Below are positions 16,429 to 24,917 of a DNA stretch of 50,089 nt, piece by piece. A model generated the notes under the pieces. The model had not been told where the DNA came from. It worked only from the letters and a program-made list of their open reading frames with translations, and searched no databases. How positions within the stretch are numbered: the first letter of the stretch is position 1; the number at the start of each line of letters is the position of its first letter. A program made the position numbers and the translations under genes. The stretch is from the NCBI GenBank assembly GCA_946623775.1, contig CAMORJ010000001.1, positions 1 to 50,089 on the forward strand, written 5' to 3'. The stretch comes from an uncultured Bacillota bacterium. Lineage in GTDB: Bacteria; Bacillota_I; Bacilli_A; RFN20; CAG-826.

Positions 16429-17124
16429 ATGGCTAGCCAGTATCGTGATTTGTTCCGCCGCTTCGGAATATTGCCACATAACGAGAAGCTCTATGAGCAG
16501 GCTTTTACGCATAGTTCTTACAATGGGATGGTCGGAACGCATCACGAAGATTATGAGCGAATGGAATTCCTTGGCGATTCAATCGTCGGAATGGTCGTTT
16601 CAACGCTTTGCTATAAATATCATCCTGACATGGGCCAAGGCCAGCTTTCCGTTCTGAAAGCGCAGTTTGTCTGCTCACAATCGGAAGCGGATTATTGCCG
16701 AAAAATGGGGCTTATCCCTTATATTCGCGTCGGCGCTTCTATGTCGAAGGCAGTGGAAGACAATATCCCTGTTTTGGAAGACGTTTTCGAATCGTTTATC
16801 GGCGCCGTTTATCTCGACCAAGGTCTCGATTTTGCATGCAGGCTCCTCGTGAAATTGCTGGATAGCGATGTTAAAGGGGCTAGGGTCGATGTTGAAATCA
16901 ATCCTAAATCCCGCCTGCAAGAAGCCATGCAAGCAGAGAGGAGGGAGTCCGTCACTTATAGGATTCTTGAGGATCGAATCATCAAGGGTGCGCATGAATT
17001 TGTTGCAGCAGTTTATTTCCAAGGGGATGAACTCGGACGTGGCACTGGGCCAAACAAAAAGGCTGCGGAGACCGCGGCTGCCAGGGATGCGTTATCGCGC
17101 ATGTCCCTTCCGGAGGACAATTAA
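16429..17124 (+). CDS. rnc: Ribonuclease III
   Basis: Signature ERMEFLGDS with a C-terminal dsRBD (GPNKKAAETAAARDAL). Confidence 0.93.
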   Translation: MASQYRDLFRRFGILPHNEKLYEQAFTHSSYNGMVGTHHEDYERMEFLGDSIVGMVVSTLCYKYHPDMGQGQLSVLKAQFVCSQSEADYCRKMGLIPYIRVGASMSKAVEDNIPVLEDVFESFIGAVYLDQGLDFACRLLVKLLDSDVKGARVDVEINPKSRLQEAMQAERRESVTYRILEDRIIKGAHEFVAAVYFQGDELGRGTGPNKKAAETAAARDALSRMSLPEDN

Positions 17125-17126
17125 CA

Positions 17127-18131
17127 ATGGGTTTGTTTTCTTTTCTGAAATCGAAATTTGGCAAAAAAAGCGAGGAGAAGCCGGAACAAAGCTCCTCTTT
17201 GCAAACATACGAAAAGGGTATGGCAAAATCTCGCCGCGCTTTTGCTTCCCGCTTGGACGAATTGGGAAAAAGGTATGCAAGAGTCAACGAAGAATACTTC
17301 GAAGAGCTTGAGCAGATTCTTATCGAATCCGATGTTGGCGTGGAGCTTTCCATCCGATTAATCGAACAGCTCCTCGATAAATCCGAAAAAGAGCACATCA
17401 CCGAGCCGAAGAAGATTGCTGATGAATTGGTGGATTTGATGTTCGTTGACTATGCCACGAAAGGCGAGTCCATTGAGAATGAGATTCAGTTTGCGGAGAG
17501 CGGTCCAACCGTTCTTCTTGTCGTCGGCGTTAATGGCGTTGGCAAGACAACGTCGATAGCCAAACTCGCCTATCGCTACTTGCATATGGGCAAAAAGGTC
17601 ATGCTTGTGGCAGGCGACACTTTCCGCGCAGGAGCGGTGGAGCAATTGAAAATATGGGCCGACAGGCTTGGCTGCCCCATTATCACCGGCAAAGAAAACG
17701 GCGATCCGGCCTCCGTTGCCTATGAAGGGGTTCAATTCGCGAAGAAGAACAATATCGACCTTGTCATCGTCGATACCGCAGGGCGTCAGCAAACCAAGTC
17801 CAATCTTATGCAGGAGCTTGGAAAAATCAGCCGTGTCATTGGCAAAGAAATCGAAGGCGCGCCTCATGAAACCTTCCTTATCATCGATGGAACAACCGGC
17901 CAAAATGGAGTTCTGCAAGCCAAGGCCTTTAAAGAAGTGGCCAATCTCACGGGCATTGTGATCACCAAGATGGATGGCACTTCCAAAGGCGGCATTATCC
18001 TATCGATTCGAGATGAATTAGGGGTCCCTGTGCGCTTTATTGGTCTTGGGGAGAGGATGGAAGATCTTCAGGAATTCGATTTGGATAAGTATCTGTACGG
18101 CCTTCTTTTGGGAGAGGAAAGCAATGACTGA
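17127..18131 (+). CDS. ftsY: Signal recognition particle receptor FtsY
   Basis: NG domain motifs GVNGVGKTT, DTAGR and TKMDG. SD GGAGGA is present. Confidence 0.95.
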   Translation: MGLFSFLKSKFGKKSEEKPEQSSSLQTYEKGMAKSRRAFASRLDELGKRYARVNEEYFEELEQILIESDVGVELSIRLIEQLLDKSEKEHITEPKKIADELVDLMFVDYATKGESIENEIQFAESGPTVLLVVGVNGVGKTTSIAKLAYRYLHMGKKVMLVAGDTFRAGAVEQLKIWADRLGCPIITGKENGDPASVAYEGVQFAKKNNIDLVIVDTAGRQQTKSNLMQELGKISRVIGKEIEGAPHETFLIIDGTTGQNGVLQAKAFKEVANLTGIVITKMDGTSKGGIILSIRDELGVPVRFIGLGERMEDLQEFDLDKYLYGLLLGEESND

Positions 18132-18462
18132 GGACATTTTGGCAAAGCGTCGGCGATTCAATGATCTGTTTTCCGTCTATGGCGCATTGCTGACCGATAA
18201 GCAAAGAGAGATTGTCTCCTCATATTATGCTTATGACCTCTCGTTAAGCGAGATCGCTGAGGGGATGGGGATATCGCGTGCTGCCATATCCGACGCGTTA
18301 AACAAAGCGGAAGAACATCTAGAACATTATGAAGCCGAATTGGGCTTCCTGAACAAAAAGAGCGACCTTGTGCATCGATTTGAAAGAATCAAACGGCTGC
18401 CTGAGGCAGAAAGATTAAAGGCATACGAAAGCCTTGGAGAGGAGATTGAAAATGGCATTTGA
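18124..18462 (+). CDS. ylxM: YlxM/UPF0122 putative DNA-binding protein of the SRP operon
   Basis: Sigma-70 region 4-like HTH LSLSEIAEGMGISRAAISDAL. ATGA overlap with the ftsY stop. The ftsY-ylxM-ffh order is conserved. Confidence 0.85.
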   Translation: MTEDILAKRRRFNDLFSVYGALLTDKQREIVSSYYAYDLSLSEIAEGMGISRAAISDALNKAEEHLEHYEAELGFLNKKSDLVHRFERIKRLPEAERLKAYESLGEEIENGI

Positions 18463-19792
18463 ATCCCTTACGGACCGCTTTGGCGCCATCTTCAAAAAGC
18501 TGCGTGGCCAAAGCAGACTTACCGAGAAGAACATGGAGGACATGCTGAAGGAAATTCGCATGGCCTTATTGGAAGCGGACGTCAATTTCAAAGTCGTCAA
18601 AGCTTTTGTGAACGACGTTAAAGAAAAAGCCCTTGGCCAAGATGTCTATTCCAAAGTCAACCCGTCTCAGATGGTTGTCAAAATCGTCCATGACGAGATC
18701 GAAGAGCTTTTGGGTGCCGACCAAACGGAAATCACCTATAAATCCAAGCCGACGATTTTGATGCTCGTCGGTCTGCAGGGAACGGGCAAAACCACGACCG
18801 CAGGAAAACTTTCCTATCTCCAAAAGAATAAACTTGGGAAAAAGGTCATGCTTGCGGCCCTTGACGTATACCGTCCAGCCGCCATTGCGCAATTGGAGAC
18901 TTTGGCAAACCAGAATGGCGTCGGTTTCTTCTCGATGGGAATCACAAATCCCGTTGATATTGCCGTGGCCGCAAAGAAAAAGGCACAGGAAGAAGGCTAT
19001 GACGTTTTAATTCTCGATACCGCCGGGCGTTTGCAAATCGATGAGGCCCTAATGAAGGAGCTCACCGAGATTAACCACGTGGTGCACCCCGATGAAGTTT
19101 TGCTTCTTGTGGATGCTGCTGCGGGCCAAGATGCGGTGAACGTGGCGTCGACCTTCAATAAAGACCTTCATCTGACCGGTATCATCATGTCCAAATTGGA
19201 CGGCGATGCCCGTGGCGGTTCCGCATTGTCGATCAAATACCTCACTGGCTTGCCAATTAAGTTCGCTGGCGTCGGCGAAAAAATGGAAGATCTCGAGATT
19301 TTCTATCCCGACCGTATGGCGGATAGGATCCTTGGAATGGGCGACGTTGTCACCTTGGTCGAAAAAGCCCAAGAGGCAATCGACGAAAAGGAGGCCGAGC
19401 GGCAAGCAAAAAAGATGATGGAGGGAGAATTCACCTTAGAAGACATGCTCCATCAAATGAAACAAGTGCAAAGAATCGGTTCATTGGGCAAACTGGCATC
19501 GTTGATTCCCGGTATGCCAAAGCTTACCGACGAACAGAAAGAGACGGCCGAGCGCGAAATGAGAGTTTTTGAGGCCGTCATTAATTCCATGACGCCTTAT
19601 GAGCGTCGCCATCCTGAGGTTCTTCGCTTTTCTCATAAGAACCGCATCGCAAAAGGCTGCGGCCTTACAAACGCCGATATTAATCGGGTTTTGCGGCGTT
19701 ATGAGAAATCCAAAGAGATGATGAAGCAATTAAAACAGTATCAAAAAACTGGAAGAATGCCGCCTGGATTAGGTGGCTTCGGGGGGAAGTAA
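18452..19792 (+). CDS. ffh: Signal recognition particle protein Ffh
   Basis: MAFESLTDRF, GLQGTGKTT, DTAGR, SKLDGDARGG, and a Met-rich M domain. SD GGAGAGGAG is present. Confidence 0.95.
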   Translation: MAFESLTDRFGAIFKKLRGQSRLTEKNMEDMLKEIRMALLEADVNFKVVKAFVNDVKEKALGQDVYSKVNPSQMVVKIVHDEIEELLGADQTEITYKSKPTILMLVGLQGTGKTTTAGKLSYLQKNKLGKKVMLAALDVYRPAAIAQLETLANQNGVGFFSMGITNPVDIAVAAKKKAQEEGYDVLILDTAGRLQIDEALMKELTEINHVVHPDEVLLLVDAAAGQDAVNVASTFNKDLHLTGIIMSKLDGDARGGSALSIKYLTGLPIKFAGVGEKMEDLEIFYPDRMADRILGMGDVVTLVEKAQEAIDEKEAERQAKKMMEGEFTLEDMLHQMKQVQRIGSLGKLASLIPGMPKLTDEQKETAEREMRVFEAVINSMTPYERRHPEVLRFSHKNRIAKGCGLTNADINRVLRRYEKSKEMMKQLKQYQKTGRMPPGLGGFGGK

Positions 19793-19795
19793 ATT

Positions 19796-21637
19796 ATGGC
19801 CGACGACATTCTCTACAAACCAAAGGACCTGTTCGACACAAGGCTCCAAAAGCAGTACCACGACGCTGCGATTGAAATATTTGACCAATATGCCGATCAA
19901 GCGCACGTCGATGTCGGTGCGAACAAGATCCACGTTAAGCAATATAACGAAGCCGAAGAACGCGTTAAGCAGTTTGCTAAGAAGGCGTCTTCGAGCAGAG
20001 GCAAGAAAATCGCTGCATTGATTTTCATGATTCTCTGTTTCGTGGTCGGGATAATCCTTTTCATAGCCTCATTCATGAACGGCTTCAATTGGATTCCTCT
20101 CGTCATTGGCATCGTTTTGATTTTGGGCGGCGTCGGACTTATCTTCGCCTTCATCTCCGCGCGGAAGAAACTCAAAGAGCTTGAAAAGGAACTTGAGAAG
20201 TATAGAGCTGAGGCTGCCCGCAAACTTCAGATTTGCTATGACGACATGGCTGGCTTGAATGCTTCCTTTGACTGGAACATGCCACTTGTGGTCATGGAAA
20301 AGGCGACGCCGATTATAGATTTGGATCCGTTCTTCAAACCTGAGAAGCTCGCCTATCTGATGGATAAATTCGGGTTCCCGGAAGAGACCGACCCCAACAT
20401 CTCCACGTTGGGTGTGATCTCTGGGCAGATTCAAGGCAATCCCTTCATTTTGGAGCGAGTCATCAATCACGATTTCCGCCCAAAACGCTATGAAGGCACT
20501 TTGACCATCTCCTGGACAACCTACACCACAGACAGCAAAGGCAACCGCGTCTCGCATCATCACACGCAAACCCTAAGGGCGGAAGTCTATCACGACGCCC
20601 CTTTCTATACGTATGACACCCGCTTGATTTACGGAAATGAAGCCGCCCCTCATCTTCACTTTACGCGTACGCCTACAGGCGCTCATAAAATGGATGAGAA
20701 GAAGCGCGATAAGTATGTCCGCTCAAAGGCCAAAGACCTTCAAAAGCTTGCCGAGAAGAGCTTAACCAAAGGAAACGGTCATGCGTTTACCCCGATGGGC
20801 AATGATGCGTTCGACGTATTCTTCAATGCGCTTGACCGCGACAATGAAGTCGAATTCCGCATGCTGTTCACACCGCTTGCCCAAGCCAATATGTTGGAGT
20901 TGCTCAGCGAACCATATCCCTTCGGCGACGACTTCGTGATGGTGAAGGACGAAAAACTGACCTCGGTTGCATCCGAACACAGTCAGACGTTCGACTATTC
21001 TGCAAACCCAATTGCCTTCTCCAATTATGACTACGAAGCGTCTAAAGCGAATTTTGTCGCCTATTGCGATAGGTTCATCACCAACTTGTTCTTTGATTTG
21101 GCGCCGATCCTCTCGATCCCGCTTTATCAGATGCACAAATCGAATGAGTTCATTTACGAAGAAACTTATAAGGCAAACGTCACCTCGTATGAGCAGGAAG
21201 TTCTCGCGAACTCAATGGAGCAAGAAATCTTTTATCCAAAAGACTGCGACCGTTCCTTGCCGCTTCTTCTCAAGGCCACGAGGTCTAAGAAAGCAGGGCA
21301 GGGGGACTGTGTCTTGATTCACTCCATGTCCTACAAAACCACTCCACGGGTCGATTATGTTTCCGTTATGGGTGGCGACGGAAGGATGCATCAGGTACCC
21401 GTTCACTGGATTCAATACGACGAAGTCAGCACGGTTGTTCCTATTGGCGTCACCTACGCTCCTACGACGCGCATGGGCTACAACAGCATAAAACAGCAAC
21501 TCGCTTCTGCGTGCAAAGGTCAGATTTCCGCGGCGCACTTTGAAAGGGGCCTTTTAGGGCTTTATCTCGGAAGGGATTACCTGGATTCTGACGACCAAGA
21601 AATTGCTTCTATTTTTGGGGCTAAAAAAGCTTCATAA
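19796..21637 (+). CDS. Unknown two-TM membrane protein (613 aa), cotranscribed with ffh
   Basis: SD GGGGGGAAG precedes the ATG, which lies 3 nt after the ffh stop. Two adjacent hydrophobic helices span about aa 73-121 and a coiled-coil stretch KELEKELEKYRAEAARK follows. I recognise no catalytic motif. Confidence 0.75.
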   Translation: MADDILYKPKDLFDTRLQKQYHDAAIEIFDQYADQAHVDVGANKIHVKQYNEAEERVKQFAKKASSSRGKKIAALIFMILCFVVGIILFIASFMNGFNWIPLVIGIVLILGGVGLIFAFISARKKLKELEKELEKYRAEAARKLQICYDDMAGLNASFDWNMPLVVMEKATPIIDLDPFFKPEKLAYLMDKFGFPEETDPNISTLGVISGQIQGNPFILERVINHDFRPKRYEGTLTISWTTYTTDSKGNRVSHHHTQTLRAEVYHDAPFYTYDTRLIYGNEAAPHLHFTRTPTGAHKMDEKKRDKYVRSKAKDLQKLAEKSLTKGNGHAFTPMGNDAFDVFFNALDRDNEVEFRMLFTPLAQANMLELLSEPYPFGDDFVMVKDEKLTSVASEHSQTFDYSANPIAFSNYDYEASKANFVAYCDRFITNLFFDLAPILSIPLYQMHKSNEFIYEETYKANVTSYEQEVLANSMEQEIFYPKDCDRSLPLLLKATRSKKAGQGDCVLIHSMSYKTTPRVDYVSVMGGDGRMHQVPVHWIQYDEVSTVVPIGVTYAPTTRMGYNSIKQQLASACKGQISAAHFERGLLGLYLGRDYLDSDDQEIASIFGAKKAS

Positions 21638-21667
21638 TTAGAATACTTTAAGGGAGGAACCATATTT

Positions 21668-22336
21668 ATGGCCAACGAACTAGACGAAACGGATGAGAGC
21701 TTAGTCTCTGAGACAGGACGGGATGTCCACGTCATCCAAAAGCAGATTCAGGTCAAGACCGATTGGAAATCGACCTTGTTCCAAGTATTGCTTTGGATTC
21801 CATTCATCATCCCCGGCATCATCTTCGCCGTTATGAAGATCAAGGCTCGCAGCTATTTGCTTCAGTTGCAGCAGAAGATCCAGCACGATGCTTCTACCAT
21901 CGACAACTTCCAGGTACAGCGTGTTGCCATCTTGACCAACGTCGCCAAACTTCTTGATAAGGCGATTGATCTCGACAAGAGCACCTTCACCGAAATCGCG
22001 CGTTATCGCTCTGGAACCATGACCGATGAGCAGCGTAATGAACTCGCTGGCAAGCTCGACACCGTCGATCGTTCGATCAACGTTGCTTTCGAGAACTACC
22101 CCGATCTCAAAGCTCACCAGGAAATCCGCGATGCCATGCAGCAGAATTCCTACTTGATGCAGGAAATCACCGCTGCCCGCGAAGCCTACAATGACACCGT
22201 TCTCCGTTGGAACGCCGAAATCTTTATGTGGCCGACCAAGATGATCGTCGCCGCGAAGGCCCAATATACCACCCGCATTCCCTTCACTGCTTCCACTGAA
22301 GTTAAGCGTCAGGCTGATTCTGGCGTCTTCTTCTAA
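21668..22336 (+). CDS. lemA: LemA-family membrane protein
   Basis: A single N-terminal TM (LFQVLLWIPFIIPGIIFAVM). IDNFQVQRVAILTNVAKLL and the C-terminal YNDTVLRWNAEIFMWPTKMIVA match LemA motifs. SD AGGGAGGA is present. Confidence 0.85.
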   Translation: MANELDETDESLVSETGRDVHVIQKQIQVKTDWKSTLFQVLLWIPFIIPGIIFAVMKIKARSYLLQLQQKIQHDASTIDNFQVQRVAILTNVAKLLDKAIDLDKSTFTEIARYRSGTMTDEQRNELAGKLDTVDRSINVAFENYPDLKAHQEIRDAMQQNSYLMQEITAAREAYNDTVLRWNAEIFMWPTKMIVAAKAQYTTRIPFTASTEVKRQADSGVFF

Positions 22337-22351
22337 TAAGAATGCGTTAGC

Positions 22352-22387
22352 AAAAAGCTCGCCGCGATTCAATGCGGCGAGCTTTTT
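22352..22387. terminator. Bidirectional terminator (lemA / trmD)
   Basis: Stem GCTCGCCGC / GCGGCGAGC, loop GATTCAAT, with A5 before and T5 after. Confidence 0.8.
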
Positions 22388-23161
22388 CTATTTATGCAAG
22401 AAGCGTTTCCCTTTTTCCAGGGCTTCGCTTTCCCATTTGGGAGTAATGCCATTATCATAATCTTCAAGCAATTTCCTATCTTGCTTTGATAATGTCAATT
22501 TATTAAAGAGGTCGGGCCGGTATTTTCTGGTTAAGAGAAGACTTTCTCTCCGCCTCCATTTCTCAATGGCGACGTGGTTGCCGCAGTAGAGGATATCCGG
22601 CACGCGCTTGCCATCGTATTCGTATGGCTCGGCGTATTGCGGATACTCAAGGAGCGGCTGATTGAATGATTCGTCTTCTAGGCTCTCTGGGCTGATAGCG
22701 CCATCAAGAAGCCGGATGATGGAATCGGCGATTCCCATAGCGGGTATTTCGCCGCCCGTAAGGATGTAGTCACCAATGGAGATTAGCTCATCAACATAGT
22801 CGTTGACTCGCTCATCAATTCCTTCATAATGTCCGCAAATGATAATTAAATCATCAAGTTTTGCATACCTTTTGGCGGTTTCTTGATCATATGTATGCCC
22901 ACGTGGAGACATTAGGATCACATGGCTATTTGGCTTGCGGACCGCGCTCAAGGCATCAAGGATAGGCTGGCATTGTTCGATCAGCCCTGCCCCTCCCCCG
23001 ATGGGGTGATTGTCAACGCGATTCCATTTGTCTTTGCTGTAGGAGCGGATGTTTGTCACGTCGAAAGTGGCAACGCCTTTCCCCAATGCGCGCTTGATGA
23101 TGGAATTGGTTTTGAATCCCTCGAACATCTCAGGGAACAGAGTCAGGACATTAATGTTCAT
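22388..23161 (-). CDS. trmD: tRNA (guanine37-N1)-methyltransferase
   Basis: MNINVLTLFPEMF, CGHYEGIDERV and ISIGDYILTGGE. Confidence 0.95.
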   Translation of the reverse strand: MNINVLTLFPEMFEGFKTNSIIKRALGKGVATFDVTNIRSYSKDKWNRVDNHPIGGGAGLIEQCQPILDALSAVRKPNSHVILMSPRGHTYDQETAKRYAKLDDLIIICGHYEGIDERVNDYVDELISIGDYILTGGEIPAMGIADSIIRLLDGAISPESLEDESFNQPLLEYPQYAEPYEYDGKRVPDILYCGNHVAIEKWRRRESLLLTRKYRPDLFNKLTLSKQDRKLLEDYDNGITPKWESEALEKGKRFLHK

Positions 23162-23667
23162 TTCATTCCCTCAACAACTTCTATCACGATTTGCTTTTTT
23201 TCGATATCGATTTCGAGAACGAATTTGTCAACAAAAGGAACGAAGAAATCCTTTTCGCCTTCTCTGTGGACGCGAAGAGACTTTGTAGGAGCGTATTCCA
23301 AAACGTCGGTGACTGTGCCTTGCACAGCTCCTGCTTGATCTACGACTTTGCACCCGATTAAATCTGCAAAGCGGTATGAGTCTTTGGGCATTGGTGCGTC
23401 CGTCTTGTCCATGTTGACCACCCGCTTTAAGAATTTTTCAGCTTCGTCGATCGATGTGATTTCCTCAAAACGAAGTAGGTAAACCTGGCCGTTGTCGCGA
23501 AAGGAAGCTAAGGTAACTTCTTTCGAATCGCCGGTTTTTTCGTCGACAAGGTAAAACTTCCTGCCCTTTTTGAAGCGGAGGTTGGGATAGTCCGTCATCG
23601 AGACGGCCTTAAAGGCGCCTTGTAGCCCAAACGTTTTTGAAAGATACGCGACTGATACGTACTCCAT
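23158..23667 (-). CDS. rimM: 16S rRNA processing protein RimM
   Basis: N-terminal LSKTFGLQGAFKAV with a PRC-barrel C-terminus. The stop overlaps the trmD start. Confidence 0.9.
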   Translation of the reverse strand: MEYVSVAYLSKTFGLQGAFKAVSMTDYPNLRFKKGRKFYLVDEKTGDSKEVTLASFRDNGQVYLLRFEEITSIDEAEKFLKRVVNMDKTDAPMPKDSYRFADLIGCKVVDQAGAVQGTVTDVLEYAPTKSLRVHREGEKDFFVPFVDKFVLEIDIEKKQIVIEVVEGMK

Positions 23668-23685
23668 ATAAAGAAACGGCGGGAA

Positions 23686-23973
23686 TTACTTCCCGTCGGT
23701 CTCCTCTTCTCCTTCAGTGAAGCTTTCAAACTTCAGATGGATGCGCACGTTGCTGCCGTCGGATTTTCCGGCAACACCAATGACATCGCGCAAGGCATTT
23801 GCAACTGCGCCGCGCTTGCCGATCAACCTTGCGGTATCGGCATCTTCGGCAACGATTAGGATGGAGATGTCTTTTTTGCTATTGGTGGGCAATTGACGAA
23901 TCATGATCGCTGAAGGATTCTCAACAAGCGGATCGATGATTGGATGGATGATTGCCCCGAAATCGCGTTCCAT
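23686..23973 (-). CDS. khpA: KH-domain RNA-binding protein (YlqC/KhpA-like)
   Basis: KH motif LIGKRGAVANALRDVI. TAATG overlap with the rpsP stop. Its position between rpsP and rimM is conserved. Confidence 0.8.
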   Translation of the reverse strand: MERDFGAIIHPIIDPLVENPSAIMIRQLPTNSKKDISILIVAEDADTARLIGKRGAVANALRDVIGVAGKSDGSNVRIHLKFESFTEGEEETDGK

Positions 23974-24248
23974 TACTTCGTAGCCTTTTTGCTTTCAGCG
24001 AACTTGGCCATGATGCCCTTCTTGGAGAACATGGCACGGACGGAATCGGAAGGGATAGCGCCAGCGCCAAGCCATTTGAGGGCGAGTGCTTCGTCGATGA
24101 TGGCCTTCTCTTCGCCGACTTTCGGATCATAGGTTCCGATTTGTTCGATGATGCGTCCATCGCGGGCGAAGCGGGAATCGGCGGCAACGATACGATAGAT
24201 GGGATCTTTGTGGCGGCCGATGCGGGTTAATCTGATTTTAACTGACAT
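23973..24248 (-). CDS. rpsP: 30S ribosomal protein S16
   Basis: [34 protein letters not shown] lies upstream of the ATG at 24248; the ORF-track start at 24302 is an extension. Confidence 0.95.
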   Translation of the reverse strand: MSVKIRLTRIGRHKDPIYRIVAADSRFARDGRIIEQIGTYDPKVGEEKAIIDEALALKWLGAGAIPSDSVRAMFSKKGIMAKFAESKKATK

Positions 24249-24273
24249 GGTTCTTAACTCCTTTGCGGTGACT

Positions 24274-24302
24274 ATAATAGTCATACCCAATATAGGTGTC
24301 AA
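24274..24302 (-). promoter_or_regulatory. rpsP operon promoter
   Basis: On the minus strand: TTGACA (24302-24297), a 17-nt spacer, then TATTAT (24279-24274). Confidence 0.65.
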
Positions 24303-24312
24303 GCAAAAATAC

Positions 24313-24464
24313 TTGACACTTAATGCGAAACTGTAAAAAAGCCTTGCCCAGGCACTTTAACGCGTATATATTATTACTCGCGCTAAAAGCGCTACGCAGG
24401 CTCCGCTACCCACGTCACGGGGCATGAACCTGAAGAGCTACCTAGCTAGAAGGAGGAATGATTC
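24313..24464 (+). promoter_or_regulatory. rplS promoter region and ~90-130 nt 5' leader (possible L19 autoregulatory leader)
   Basis: A TTGACA at 24313-24318 sits back-to-back with the rpsP -35. A second candidate is TTGCCC-17-TATATT (24344-24372). The leader contains GCGC/GCGC and GGCTC/GAGCT stems, plus a CTCC that could pair with the SD. L19 leaders are known upstream of rplS in Bacilli, but I could not match this to the consensus by eye. Confidence 0.3.
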
Positions 24465-24812
24465 ATGAACAACAATCTCGTAAATGAAATCACCGCCCGT
24501 CAGCTTCGCCACGATATTCCTGAGTTCTCTTCCGGCGACACCATCAAAGTGTATGTCCGCATCATCGAGAACAAAAAGGAGCGCAACCAGGCCTTCGAAG
24601 GCGTTGTCATCCAGCGCCGCGGCAGTGGTGTCTCTGCGACCTTCACCGTTCGCAAAATCTCTTCCGGCATCGGCGTGGAACGTACCTTCCCCGTCAACAG
24701 CCCCTCGATCGCAAGGATCGAAGTCGTGAAGAGAGGTAAGGTTAGGAGAAACAAAATCACCTACATGCGCAAACTCTCCGGCAAAGCGGCCCGCATCAAA
24801 TCTCGCGACTAA
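24465..24812 (+). CDS. rplS: 50S ribosomal protein L19
   Basis: [15 protein letters not shown]...[16 protein letters not shown]...TFTVRK. SD AGAAGGAGGA is present. Confidence 0.95.
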   Translation: MNNNLVNEITARQLRHDIPEFSSGDTIKVYVRIIENKKERNQAFEGVVIQRRGSGVSATFTVRKISSGIGVERTFPVNSPSIARIEVVKRGKVRRNKITYMRKLSGKAARIKSRD

Positions 24813-24838
24813 TTCGCATCAAAATCAAGGAAGTGACG

Positions 24839-24867
24839 ACCTCCCAATTAGGGAGGTTTTCCTTTTT
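24839..24867 (+). terminator. rplS terminator
   Basis: Stem ACCTCCC / GGGAGGT, loop AATTA, followed by a T-rich tail. Confidence 0.75.
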
Positions 24868-24917
24868 GTGTTTGCCAGCGTGGAAAAATTCTATGACTTC
24901 TTTATAATTTAGAAGTC

